DNA of 63,156 bases, the filler included, from Welwitschia mirabilis (lineage: Eukaryota), in the NCBI GenBank assembly GCA_051453625.1. It is 3 parts of one record of this genome, joined end to end, with 100 filler letters (N's around TTAATTAATTAA, not from the genome) between each part and the next. Parts side by side here need not be neighbours in the genome. Positions count along the whole stretch, not along the records: positions 1 to 16,734 come from JBOZIK010000001.1; 2 more parts are not named here. One strand, written 5' to 3'. The notes beneath the pieces were generated by a model. That model saw only the letters and a program-made list of their open reading frames with translations. It was not told where the DNA came from and did not search any database. A program made the position numbers and the translations under genes. Below are positions 1 to 12,824 of this stretch, piece by piece. Position 1 is the stretch's first letter. Each line of letters opens with the position of its first letter.

Positions 1-451
1 CTCTTCTACTTGTGCCATACTGGGAACTATGGTTAATCGCAGTTCTCACTCCATACTGTCATTGTGCAAGTTCTAAAGCACCTATGGGCCCTAGATTGAG
101 TGCAAAACAATAATAGCTACTAGTTTCTAGGATGGATTTTTCAAAGTTTTGTATTCCTGCATAGTTGTGTATATATCATAAATTTTGCACCTTAGGGTGT
201 CTAAAGTTGAGAGACCCCCATAACTTTATTGGTTCCATAGACTTACTCCTCTTGTAAGTTATAAAAGGCCATACTTTTGTGTTATGGCTATGACCATTTT
301 ATTTATTTGATATTGGAATAGAAATGGCCTTTTATTTCCATTAGGATATTGTATTTTTGTGTTTATTATTATTTGGCCCCCTTGTTGGTAAAAGCATTAT
401 GCATATATGTTAAGGTAATGATGACTTGTATCCTTGCTTACAGTGAGTCTA

Positions 452-610
452 CTTATGGCCTATGGGTATGCTGCTACAAGTGTAAAATTTATACGTGCTG
501 CTACAAGTGTAAAATTTATACGATAAGCTATTATTGAACTCTCTATTTATGGCCTATGGGTATGCTGCTACAAGTGTAAAATTTATACGATAAGCTATTA
601 TTGAACTCTC
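452..610. repeat. Local near-perfect tandem duplications inside the LTR
   Basis: TTATGGCCTATGGGTATGCTGCTACAAGTGTAAAATTTATACG...TTGAACTCT occurs twice; its internal 27-mer TGCTGCTACAAGTGTAAAATTTATACG occurs three times. Confidence 0.85.
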
Positions 611-692
611 ATAACTTACTCGCATTAAGTTGCATTTCAAAGTATTTGGCTTATTTTGAGATCTTTCTCTAGGCTTTATAATACATTGCCTT

Positions 693-2471
693 AGTTATAA
701 TAGAGGAATTTTATCCACTCATCATTCATACAAAAAAAAGAGGGATTGGGAAAGGGGAAGGGGCCAAGAAGAGGAGACGAGAAATGACCCTTTCGTTATT
801 TCAAGGTTTATGATTTATAAAGCAGAGATGTAAGAGTAATGGACATACACAAACTGAGTTAGACCAAAGTGCCATGACGAGTGCCCTTGTTGTTTATGCT
901 TTCTCGAGTTTCATCCCACTCTTTCAAACCATTTAGGCAACAAGGCACTTTCATTAAGTGTTCTATTCAGCCAAAGGAGTTTCTAACTCGAAGTTAATGG
1001 GAGCAATGTAGGTCAGGCAATTCTATGGTGTTAAATATTTGAGACATAGAAAATATCCCACTTGATGATTACATTAGCTCTAGTGTAGCATAACAGCCTG
1101 TTGAGCATGATAGCTCATGAGTTCAGTTAACAACAACACTTACACTTAAATTTAAGTCAAGCTATAGAGACTATTATTTATAACATCTTTGACCATTGTT
1201 CATTAAGTTAAAAATAAGTTTGGTGTCAAGTCAAAGGCTCTTTTTTTTTTTTTTGGGTTCAAGTTATGGGTTGACAAGATTGCTATGATGAATCACGCCT
1301 CATGAGCTGCGCTACCTCGCTCACCAATAGTGTTTTAAAAAAAAATTATTTGGGTCGATTTATTTTTAAAAGAAGAAAAAACTTAAAGAAGAAGGGGTAA
1401 AGTTTTTACTAGTTGGATTCATCGGCCTAAAAGAGGTAGGTGGGTTGGCACATGAAATACATCAATTTCTATAATTTGAGATGCATCATAACGATACTGG
1501 GATGTATGTATTTGCAACTAAATTACACAACATTTATGTTTTCAATCTGACTATCTTGTTAATTGTTCTTATAAAAAATTGGCAAAACAATTCTCTGTTC
1601 TCCATCAATATAGTTATTCTAATTACTGAATCATGCACCATTCAAAATTTCCATTATATGATTTGAATTAAATTGCCATTGCTACTACATATTTACATTA
1701 CTATTTACATCAAAATTAGGCCATTCAGATAAAATTTTAAAAGAATTTAGAGTTTCTTGGACACTACATTTTTATTTTTCTCTTTTAATACCGAATTCAT
1801 TGAAACATTTAATTTCTAATAAGGTTACATTTGCTTTATTGACTTGCATTTTGTCTCCGTTCATTTCATCAATAGGTAAAAATATATAGAAAATTCTTAA
1901 TTCATAAAATTTTCCTTTTATATTTTTTTGAACTATTTTACCAAACTCTGCTAGACTAAATCTTTATATTTGCAACTTCTACAATCATAGTGTGTCATTA
2001 AAATGTATTGTATTAGGTATAGCTGTAATCACTCATCACGACTTACATTTCGAGGATCAAATTTTAGCTTAATATATTGTTGTTTTTTTGGCATATAGTT
2101 AGTTTTGATATTGTTTTGGAATACAATATTAAGAAAATACAATATTAAGAAAGGAAAACATGAAATATCGTCACTTTGATTAAAAAAATCTATTATATAT
2201 TTCATCATTGAATCATGAGGTATTCCCTAATAAACACTACTCATTGCTTAATCAGTAAGATTTTATTTCTAGATAATTTAAAGGTAATTTAGCGTTTTGT
2301 TTTTATGTCCATAAACTTTTGCTTCATACACTCATTCTTAGAATTTTAATAATTTCAAATTTTAAAGGAATTACACCTCTTGAAAACTAAAAAAATAGCA
2401 ACTTGATGTTATAAAATAGCATCATATTAAGCATACGAAGTAAATTTAGATTGTGAAAAATCATTGCAACA
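693..2471. mobile_element. ~1.8 kb insertion in the 5' LTR, probable old solo LTR
   Basis: Absent from the homologous 3' LTR at ~8210. Ends in CATTGCAACA; the start AGTTATAATA resembles a decayed TGTTGCAATG. No clean TSD. Confidence 0.5.
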
Positions 2472-3895
2472 TTTGCCCTTGTTTTAACTTTTTGTGTAAA
2501 AGCATCTATAGTGAGTTGGTTCTTATTAATATGATCTCTTACTATTTGCTAAGTCAATTCTTGAATTTCTAAGGTTCTATAGCTTTAGAGGATTTTGGTT
2601 GGTCCTCTTGAGGTGTTCCTTCTCTCTTAAGATTGCTTCAACTTAATTTAGGTACACTCTATTGATTGAGTTTTGTTTAGCCCATATCCTTACAAACTTG
2701 CCTTCATCTATTTAGTGTAGCCTTAACTTGGATTATCTTACCTATTCACTGTATAAGGGGATGTCTCCAAGCCTCATCACTCTAGCTTTTCTAGCCATGT
2801 GTTTATTTTGGGCTTACAGAATTTTTAGTAATGAGTTGCTGCTAGTTAGATTTATGAAGGGAATATGGGATATCTAGTTATCAAAGTAGAAATATTTTGC
2901 CAAGGCTCTAAGTTCAAGTCCCTTACAATGTTCCCTTACTTTCCATCTTCATGGACTTTCTACTTTTCACAAAATTTTTCCAAGTTATTTTATTTTCCGG
3001 CAGATTTGTTACCTTTTTATTATTCTTCATTCATTTTCTAAAATATCTAAATATTCTATTTTCTTCTCTATAGCCTTAATTTGGTGTTCAGTAGTTTGGG
3101 GGAAATCTGTACATTTTCCACGTTTTTTTGAATTTAATAAATTATTCTATTTTTCACAACCTCAGAATAGTGGTTAGTAGCTTAGTAAAAATCAAGTTAA
3201 TTTATGGTATTTTATTAATTTATACATGAATTTATTCTCTCATCTATAGATTTTGCATGATAGCTGACGACTTTGTAGGATTTCAATTAGTTTCTTGTAT
3301 TTTATAAATTTTATAATTACTATAAATTCCTTGTGGCTTGTGGCTCATGATAATTCTGTTTTTTACATTCCCAAGATGGTAGCTTACAACTCATAGCAAT
3401 TCTTATTTTTGTAAGTTTCTCATGGTGGCCGCCTGCAACCCACGACAAATCTCATATTCCATCTTGTTCTAAGATTTTGTGTAATCGACTACCACAACTG
3501 TAAATTTCCTATGGCTTAGGGCTTTGGGCTTATGGCTGGAGATTCTGAGCCCTATTATTGACTTCTATTACCTGTTAAACTATGATTCTAATGGGCTCCC
3601 ATGATTTACTGTTCCAAGCATTTAGTAGCTTATTTAAATTATACTCTAGACACTTTTTATCTACTAGTGCACTAGCCAAGTTTATGGCCCATTAGCATGG
3701 GGCTGTGAGTTTAAAGTTTTGCAATGCTTACTTCTTTTAAAATAAAGCTATGTCAGGTCAACCCTGAGTCCAGCTAGTAATCTTAATAACAAGCCTTGTT
3801 CTTTGGCAACTATGTTTTTTTAGTTTCTTAGCAAGCTAGTTGTGGTTAGGTGTATCTTGAAGAAGTTGATCGTGACTTTTCGGTATGACAACCTA

Positions 3896-3909
3896 TGGTT
3901 ACTAAGAGC
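3896..3909 (+). promoter_or_regulatory. Degenerate primer-binding site (initiator tRNA-Met type)
   Basis: TGGTTACTAAGAGC versus canonical TGGTATCAGAGC, a few bases after the LTR-terminal CA. Confidence 0.55.
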
Positions 3910-4024
3910 TGTGCATCTTAGTAGCAAGTTTAAATAGGAAATAATCAAATGACACCCTAAAAATCTATCTTACTCTCCTTTTGATATTTTTAAAACTCCA
4001 AATCTTCTTATGGAATGAGAATTC

Positions 4025-4355
4025 TATAGATCATTGAGTGAGGCAATGGAAAATTGGAACCACAAATCGCCAAATGAAGTAGTGGAAAAATAAATCCACA
4101 GATCACCAACTGAGGTAGTGGGAATGATATTCATAGATCACTAAATGAGGTAGTAATAAAATGGAACCACGGACCATCAACTAAGATAGTGGGAATGATA
4201 ATCCATATATATCTGAATGAGACAGTCAAAAAATGAAATCACAGATCATTGACTAAGGTAATGGGAATGATAATCCACAAATCACCAAGTAATGTAGTGA
4301 CAAAAAATGAAACCACAAATCACTGACTGAGGTGATGGGAATGATCCACAGACGA
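4025..4355 (+). repeat. ~36-bp tandem array (~9 units) in the element 5' UTR
   Basis: Units resemble CCACAGATCACCAACTGAGGTAGTGGGAATGATAAT and start near 4060, 4096, 4131, 4167, 4203, 4239, 4276, 4313 and 4346. Confidence 0.85.
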
Positions 4356-4799
4356 GGAAGTAGAAAGATAACAAAACTGACTATTCTCATTCCATTTCTA
4401 TGAAAATCAAGTACTCACAAACTTTGGGGTTTTTCTTCTTGCCTTATCTTAATTCATTTTATATCTTAATCCTTGTCTGATCTAGGTCATGTAAGAAACT
4501 ATGATAATTCATGATTTTCACACCTTTTGTATTAACAAATGATGAGCCAAAACAAGGCAAAAACTGATATGTTTTATTGATAAGGGAATATGTATCCTTA
4601 ACATATTTTATTGCTCTATTTATTAAATGTGAAGCTTTGATCCTACTGTAAGTCTTACGGTTATAACTTTGCTTGAAGCCTCAATTTAACATGTTTAGCT
4701 AGCATGTGTTGTTTTTATATTTTAAATATTCCTTTCTTATGGGGCTCGACCTTGAGGTATTCATTTTAATTTTAGCAAAAAATAATCTTATAAAAGTAG

Positions 4800-5630
4800 T
4801 AAACAATCTAGTGGATGACATGTAAAAGCAAAGTAATGGCAGAAACAATGTTGACTCATTTAAGAAACTAATGATGCAAATTTGATGGACAAATCCTCTA
4901 GCATTTGCAGGATCAAAAAATGTAGCAGAGCCATAGGCATGACTAGTATTGATAATAAAGAAGGTAAAGTTATTCAATGTTATCTTAAAGCAAAACACTA
5001 TATTGTTCACACATTAGCTAAAATAGGATGTAGCTTTGTGGAAGCACAGATTAAGAATCCTAAATAGCTAGACTGGAAAGAGTTTAAAACTTGATTTTGT
5101 AGTAGATACATATCCAAAAACTATAAGAATGCAAAGGCATAGAAATTCTATAGACTTAAGGCAAATATTCTTGATAGTACAAAAACAACTTCATAGGATT
5201 GTTAAGATATGTTTCAGAGATAGCTATGAGTGAAGCTGTGAAAGTAAGGAGATTAATGGCTAGATTGTATCATACAATCCAAAACCAAGTTAATCTCTTT
5301 TAGCCTATGACTGTTATTGGAGCCTTAGAGAAATCCAAGATCAATGAAAAAGCATGGAGCAGAGATGAGAACTTCTAGGTGAGAAAAAAGGCATCACAAG
5401 AGGATGAAGAAATGCAACCACAGACGAAGCCATCTATCATAAATACAAGTTTTGTAATGAATAATGACAAATCTAGAGCAACTAGAGTAAACAGATTGCG
5501 ATCTTAGGAAAGGAATAAGCCTTCTTCTATGCAGAAATAAAGAACTACATTAGAAAATGTAGTTGATGGTTCTAGGAGCTTTGGGTGTTTTACTTGTAGA
5601 GGTCCTCATGTTGTGAGGAATTGCCCTTAA
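4800..5630 (+). pseudogene. gag: Degenerate gag of a Tekay/Del-like retrotransposon
   Basis: NPLAFAGSKNVAEP*A*L resembles the PPxFxG...EAEAWL motif. Zinc knuckle GCFTCRGPHVVRNCP at 5583-5627. Many stops and frameshifts. Confidence 0.75.
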
Positions 5631-5699
5631 ATAAAAATCACTCCTCTAAAATATGTAGTAAATGATTCTAAGACCTCTTGATCTTTTCATTATAAATAT

Positions 5700-6121
5700 T
5701 CTCACATGGTCAGAAATTACCCTTAGAAGAAGAAACTTGAGGAAATGCCAAAAGATGCTAGGAAGCTTATTTTTTGAAAGAGGACACCCAACCATCTACA
5801 AGCTAGAATGTGTAGAAATACCATTCATTATTAAGGAAATTTTTTTCATGTCTCTACTAAAGGAAGTATTTGTAGACATATCAAGGATGATCTCAGTTTA
5901 AGAAGTGAAAATTTAATTTAATTACACTTTTAAATCAAACCAATTAGAATTCGAGATAAGAGATAAGTTGATTTAACAGGAAGGAGTATCCACTCTGATA
6001 AGGTTTAATGATCATGTCAAAAGAAAGCAAAAGCTATTTGGGAATATGAAGATGATATCTTATAGTGAAAACTAGAACTTCTTGTAAGTTTTTAGGAGGA
6101 AACTTCTTAAGGGGGAGAGTA
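5700..6121 (+). pseudogene. Pol scraps (integrase C-terminus, chromodomain) and PPT
   Basis: LEFEIRDK at ~5944 (LEFxVGD-like) and AIWEYEDD at ~6033 (EATWE-like). PPT AAGGGGGAGAGTA at 6109-6121. Confidence 0.55.
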
Positions 6122-6122
6122 T

Positions 6123-6630
6123 TTTCATATTTAGATTTGTAGGCTTGATAATTAATAACTAATCTCTATTAATAAAAATTAAAAATGATATGAATCGCTA
6201 ATATAAGGCTAATTGACCTACATTGAAAAGTGAAAATATATTTTAGTTGTGTGTGTATTAGACACTTTGCCTGAAATATTTATCATGCTGGTTGACTCTC
6301 TATTTATTTTTATTCATAGCTGAGTTGCAAAATTTTGATTTGGTTATGAATATCTATGATTTCTAAGCTGGCATTGAAATTTTACCTCTCTAGTTAATGA
6401 AAATTAAATTATATTAGTAGAATTATTTAAATTATGCATTTTTACCTAATGGCTAAGTACTTAGTGAGAATAGGTTAGTGGATCTAAGTCATTTTCTTAA
6501 AGCTCTTAAATTCTTCGATGATTAGATCTATTAAAAACATTGTCAAATCCATTTATTGTCNNNNNNNNNNNNNNNNNNNNNNNNNNNNNNNNNNNNNNNN
6601 NNNNNNNNNNNNNNNNNNNNNNNNNNNNNC

Positions 6631-6665
<35 letters not shown>

Positions 6666-9600
6666 TTAGAGTCGTACTAGCTGATTTTGAGCTAGAAGTT
6701 ACAAATTTAAAGTGTAGGTATGGTTCTTGATCTTCTTATACCTCTTATATGGTTTTCATCCTTCTTGGATCTCTTGTATGGCTCATTTTGCGTTCTATCT
6801 CTTACATGGTTTTATTATATGCTTAACATCTTGATATCTGTATTATGCTTACTTCTTGATTGATTTGAAACTGTCTACTCGTATGAATTAAGTGGCTCGA
6901 CTACACTCCTTATTTTTGGGATGTTGATGTTATCTTAGTTGTTCTTTTAAATTTGTTAAGAGTCTATAGTAGACACTTATATTGCTATAAATTGACAGCT
7001 ACTTCTATATTCATGATATTTTCCATAAGTTGGATCTTTTAAAATCTAGTTGGAATGATCATTTTTATGAACTTTAGTGGGTAAAACCTCTTGATTTCCT
7101 TGGTTATAAAATTGAACTGTCAAGGTATAAAATTAAGAGTGATGATGTTACAAAATATGTTTACATAATGAAGTATTATCTATGTGGACCATAGGAGAAC
7201 AACCCACTATGGTGGTTCCTACTAATCATAAAAGTGTTTTATCTAGTTTCCACCCTTCTAGTTAATGCATCAATGGTTATGGGGAGAGAATTTTAATGGC
7301 CAATGTATCGCGCTATGTCTTGGAAAAGCATTATATCATAATTCNNNNNNNNNNNNNNNNNNNNNNNNNNNNNNNNNNNNNNNNNNNNNNNNNNNNNNNN
7401 NNNNNNNNNNNNNNNNNNNNNNNNNNNNNNNNNNNNNNNNNNNNGTTTCATCTAGTTTCCACCCTTCTAGTTAACGCATAAATGGTTGTGGGGAGAGAAT
7501 TTTAATGGCCAATGTATCACGCTATGTCTTGGAAAAGCATTATATCGTAATTCTATTATGTGGGATTTGGCTTCATCTTTGTGTTTTCCCCACTAGTTAT
7601 GCCATACTAGGAATTGTATTTAATCACAATTCTCACTCCATATTGTTATTTTCCAAGTTTCAAAGCACTTGTAAGTTCTGTATTAGGTGCAAAATAGTAG
7701 TAGCTACTGGTTTCTAGAATGGTTTTCCAAGGTTTTGTCTTCCTACATGATTGTATAAATATTTTATAAATTTTTCACCATAGCATGTCTAAGGCTGAGA
7801 GATCCTTATAACTTTATTGGCTCCATGTCCTTACTCCTTTGTAAGCTCTAAAAGCCTATACCTTTGTATCATGACTATGGTAATTTAATTTATTTGATAT
7901 TAAAATATAAATGGTCTTTTATTTCCATTAAGCTATTGTACATTTGCATTTTATTATTTTTTGGTCTTGATGTTTGCAAAAGCATTATGCATATACCTTA
8001 ACATAATTATGACTTATATCCTTGCTTATAGTTAAACTATTTATGATCTATGTTTATTATTGATTATGTGCTGCTATAATTTTAAAAAATTATATGATAA
8101 GCTATCATTGAACTCTTATAACTTATTGACATTCAGTTATATTTCAAAGTATTTGGTTTATTTTAAAGCCCTTTTTCCTTTTTTGCTGAAGACTTTATAA
8201 TGCATTTCCTTGATCCTTGTTTTATATTTTTGTATAAAATCATGTGTGGTGGATTGGTTTTTATGTGTTTTATTTTTAACTATTTGCTAAGTTAATTCTT
8301 GAATTTCTAAGATTTATAGCTTTAAAGGTTTTTGGTTAGCTCTCTTAAGGTGTTCCTTCTCTCTTAGGAGCCCTTCAACTTAGTTTAGATAGGATACCTT
8401 AGTTGAGTTTCATTTAGCCCATATCCTTATAGCCTTGCCTTTATCTATCTAACATGACCTTAACTTGGGTTATCTTACCTATTTATTTCAAAAGAGGACA
8501 TGTCCAAGCCTTGCTAGTCTGGTTGTTTTGGCCATATGTTTATGTTGGGCTTGCAAAATTTTTGGTAATGTGTTGTTGTGAGTTAGATTAAAGAAGGGAA
8601 TATGGTATGTCTAGTTGTCAAAGTAGAAATCTTTCATCAAGAGCCTATGTTTGAGTTCCTTTTAGTGTTCCTTTACCTTTCATCTCTGTAGNNNNNNNNN
8701 NNNNNNNNNNNNNNNNNNNNNNNNNNNNNNNNNNNNNNNNNNNNNNNNNNNNNNNNNNNNNNNNNNNNNNNNNNNNNNNNNNNNNNNNNNNNNNNNNNNN
8801 NNNNNNNNNNNNNNNNNNNNNNNNNNNNNNNNNNNNNNNNNNNNNNNNNNNNNNNNNNNNNNNNNNNNNNNNNNNNNNNNNNNNNNNNNNNNNNNNNNNN
8901 NNNNNNNNNNNNNNNNNNNNNNNNNNNNNNNNNNNNNNNNNNNNNNNNNNNNNNNNNNNNNNNNNNNNNNNNNNNNNNNNNNNNNNNNNNNNNNNNNNNN
9001 NNNNNNNNNNNNNNNNNNNNNNNNNNNNNNNNNNNNNNNNAAAATTTTTATTTTCCTATAGCTTCCTTGCCTTTTTGCTATTCTTCATACATTTTCTAAG
9101 ATATCTAAATATTTTACATTCTTCTCTACAACATTAAATTGGTATTTAACACTTTAGTAGAAATCTATACACTTTTTGCTATGTTTTGGATTTAATAAAT
9201 TATTTTATTATCCATGACCTCAGAATGGCGGCTAGCAGCTTAGCAGAAATCCATTTAGTTTTTGGCATTTTATGAATTTATTCTCTCTTCTGTGGATTTT
9301 ACATGGTGACCAGAAGTTTCATAGGATTTCACTTTGTTTTCTATATTTTATAAATTTTATAATTGTTGTAAATTTCCTATAGCCCGTGGCTCATGAAAAT
9401 TCTCTTTTTGGTGTATTCTAAGGTGGTGGCTTATTACTCATAACAATTGTCATTCATGTAAGTTTTTTAAGATGGTGTTTTATGGCTCACAACAAATCTT
9501 ATATTCCCATATTATTTTAAGATCTTATGTAACCCACCACTTTTATAGCTTGTGACTCATGATTGGAGCTCTGATCCATCAATTTTAAGCCCTATTAATG

Positions 9601-9672
9601 GCTTTCATTATCCTCTGAACTATGATTATGATGGAATCTTATAATTTATCATTTCAAGCGTTTAATAGCCGA
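6123..9672 (+). mobile_element. 3' LTR of the same element, interrupted at 9673 by an Athila-like insertion
   Basis: Follows the PPT and is homologous to 1-3632. Homology stops exactly where TGTTGC begins at 9673. Confidence 0.75.
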
Positions 9673-11318
9673 TGTTGCACTGCCAATTTATGGTTATTTG
9701 ATGGGTTTTATGAGTTGTTTTGCAGGAATTTTATATAGGTTTAGGTGTAATTCTAAGGATTTTGGAAATACAAGAATAGATCTCGGAAATGTATGATTAT
9801 TATTCAAAATTTATGCATTAAAGGCATTTTCTGATGAACAGAGCTTTCATGATAAAAATCATTAAAGAAGACCATCGTCCCCTCTGTCGTCCACACAATA
9901 GACAAGATGACGATTGCTAATATGGACGACTGATTCATCACTTTCAAAGATATTTTATAATGTTTTGTCATCCCCCATGTCATCCAGACGACAGCTTACT
10001 AACATGTAACTATTAATGATACATTCCATTAGCTGTTTCATCCATTTCTAAGACCTTAATGAACACGCCTAACTACACCTTCTGTCTGTCTTTTTCTATT
10101 ATATTTTCNNNNNNNNNNNNNNNNNNNNNNNNNNNNNNNNNNNNNNNNNNNNNNNNNNNNNNNNNNNNNNNNNNNNNNNNNNNNNNNNNNNNNNNNNNNN
10201 NNNNNNNNTGCTAATATGGACTACTAATTCATCACTTTCAAATATATTTTATAATGTTTTGTCATCCCCCATGTCATCCAGACGATAGCTTACTAACATG
10301 TAACTATTAATGACAGATTCCCTTAGCCGTTTCGTCCATTTCTAAGCCCTTAATGAATGCACCTAACTACACCTTCTGTCTGTCTTTTTCTATTGTATTT
10401 TCCTATAAATAAGTCCCCCTTCGACTCTCCATCTCATCTTCAATGCATCAGAGATTCTCGTGACAAGAAAGTAAAGGGTAGAAGATCTATCTTAAGTGTT
10501 GCAGAAAGATAAGCACTTGGTGGAGGGCTGAGTATCTTCCANNNNNNNNNNNNNNNNNNNNNNNNNNNNNNNNNNNNNNNNNNNNNNNNNNNNNNNNNNN
10601 NNNNNNNNNNNNNNNNNNNNNNNNNNNNNNNNNNNNNNNNNTCCATTAGCTGTTTCATCCATTTCTAAGACCTTAATGAACACGCCTAACTCCACCTTCT
10701 GTCTGTCTTTTTCTATTATATTTTCCTATAAATAAGTCCCCCTTCGACTCTCCATTTCATCTTTAATGCATCAGAGATTCTCGTGACAAGAAAGTAAAGA
10801 ATAGGAGATCTATCTTAAGTGTTGCAGAAAGATAAGCACTTGGCGGAGGGATGAGTATCTTTCATTGAGACCTTACTATTTCGTAACCTGAATATTGTTA
10901 CTCTTTAATATAAATCTTGGTTTTATTTTATGTTTGCATGTTAGGTTTTCTTATGTTTCTTATAGTCTAATGTTACCCTTGATCTGATGACAATTTCTTG
11001 GGTAATATAGATTATTAAGGGTAGCCTTTGTTAATGCTGCAAGTAAGTAGGTTTAGGGTCATTTTGCATTGCATGATAGTTTAGATTGCATATTGCACTT
11101 TGCATGGTATCTTTATCTACTTGCATTATTATTTACTTTTGGTCCCAAGTTTCAATTACAAAAGAAATCTGAGTCTCATACTCGCATACTTCAATGAGAT
11201 ACGATATTTTGAGTCACTCGCATTATACTAGTATGATGTATTATGCAAATATCTATTTTGATTATTAATAACAATATCTATTTGAATGTAAAAGCTTGCA
11301 CAAATACACACCGCAACA
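9673..11318 (+). mobile_element. 5' LTR of an Athila-like element
   Basis: TGTTGC...GCAACA inverted termini and a CCTATAAATAAG TATA motif (~10403, duplicated at ~10725). Length is inflated by gap-flanking duplications. Confidence 0.8.
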
Positions 11319-11340
11319 AATTGGCATCGTTTCTCAGGAA
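11319..11340 (+). promoter_or_regulatory. Athila-type PBS (tRNA-Asp-like, decayed)
   Basis: AATTGGCATCGTTTCTCAGGAA versus the Athila-type TTGGCGCCGTTGCCGGGGA, directly after the LTR-terminal CA. Confidence 0.65.
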
Positions 11341-12824
11341 GGCTATCAAGGAATACAAATGTTGTCATCATTCAGATAAGTATATTGACCTCTATTTATG
11401 TGGCATTATATTTTATTAGGAGCTTTAGGTTTTCTATGTGCTGTGTTTTAGTTTCGATTTTTTAGATTTAGGTTTTCTATAAAAAAGTGTGGTTGCCCCC
11501 TCTGATGTCCTCACGACAGTTAGGATGATAGTCTATTTTTNNNNNNNNNNNNNNNNNNNNNNNNNNNNNNNNNNNNNNNNNNNNNNNNNNNNNNNNNNNN
11601 NNNNNNNNNNNNNNNNNNNNNNNNNNNNNNNNNNNNNNNNATATGGCATTATATTTTATTATTAGCTTTAGGTTTTCTGTATACTGTGTTTTAGTTTTGG
11701 TTTTTTAGATTTAGGTTTTCTATAAAAAAGTGTGATTGTTCCCTTTGTTGTCCTCACGACAGTTAGGACAACAATCTATTTTTATCTTTGGTTTTATTTT
11801 TGGATTTGAATTTTTCCTACAATAAATTAGTTTCTGTCATCTTCTGTGACGTTCAGACGACTAGGTGAATGACAAGTCTATTTTCTATGTTTTCTACTTT
11901 TTGTTTTAGTTTCTGTTCTATTTCTATTTTTATATTTTTTGTGTGCGTTGTCCCCTCTGTCGTCCAGACGATAGATAGGATGTCAGTCTGTTATTTTTTT
12001 GATCTATTTTCTATTATTTACTATTTGTAGGATGCTNNNNNNNNNNNNNNNNNNNNNNNNNNNNNNNNNNNNNNNNNNNNNNNNNNNNNNNNNNNNNNNN
12101 NNNNNNNNNNNNNNNNNNNNNNNNNNNNNNNNNNNNNNNNNNNNNNNNNNNNNNNNNNNNNNNNNNNNNNNNNNNNNNNNNNNNNNNNNNNNNNNNNNNN
12201 NNNNNNNNNNNNNNNNNNNNNNNNNNNNNNNNNNNNNNNNNNNNNNNNNNNNNNNNNNNNNNNNNNNNNNNNNNNNNNNNNNNNNNNNNNNNNNNNNNNN
12301 NNNNNNNNNNNNNNNNNNNNNNNNNNNNNNNNNNNNNNNNNNNNNNNNNNNNNNNNNNNNNNNNNNNNNNNNNNNNNNNNNNNNNNNNNNNNNNNNNNNN
12401 NNNNNNNNNNNNNNNNNNNNNNNNNNNNNNNNNNNNNNNNNNNNNNNNNNNNNNNNNNNNNNNNNNNNNNNNNNNNNNNNNNNNNNNNNNNNNNNNNNNN
12501 NNNNNNNNNNNNNNNNNNNNNNNNNNNNNNNNNNNNNNNNNNNNNNNNNNNNNNNNNNNNNNNNNNNNNNNNNNNNNNNNNNNNNNNNNNNNNNNNNNNN
12601 NNNNNNNNNNNNNNNNNNNNNNNNNNNNNNNNNNNNNNNNNNNNNNNNNNNNNNNNNNNNNNNNNNNNNNNNNNNNNNNNNNNNNNNNNNNNNNNNNNNN
12701 NNNNNNNNNNNNNNNNNNNNNNNNNNNNNNNNNNNNNNNNNNNNNNNNNNNNNNNNNNNNNNNNNNNNNNNNNNNNNNNNNNNNNNNNNNNNNNNNNNNN
12801 NNNNNNNNNNNNNNNNNNNNNNNN

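Larger units (their letters stand above)
1..3890 (+). mobile_element. 5' LTR (left-truncated by the window) of a Tekay/Del-like gypsy deletion derivative
   Basis: 1-690 aligns to ~7585-8210 and ~2475-3632 aligns to ~8215-9672. Ends in ...GGTATGACA at 3890, followed by a degenerate Met-PBS. Confidence 0.75.
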
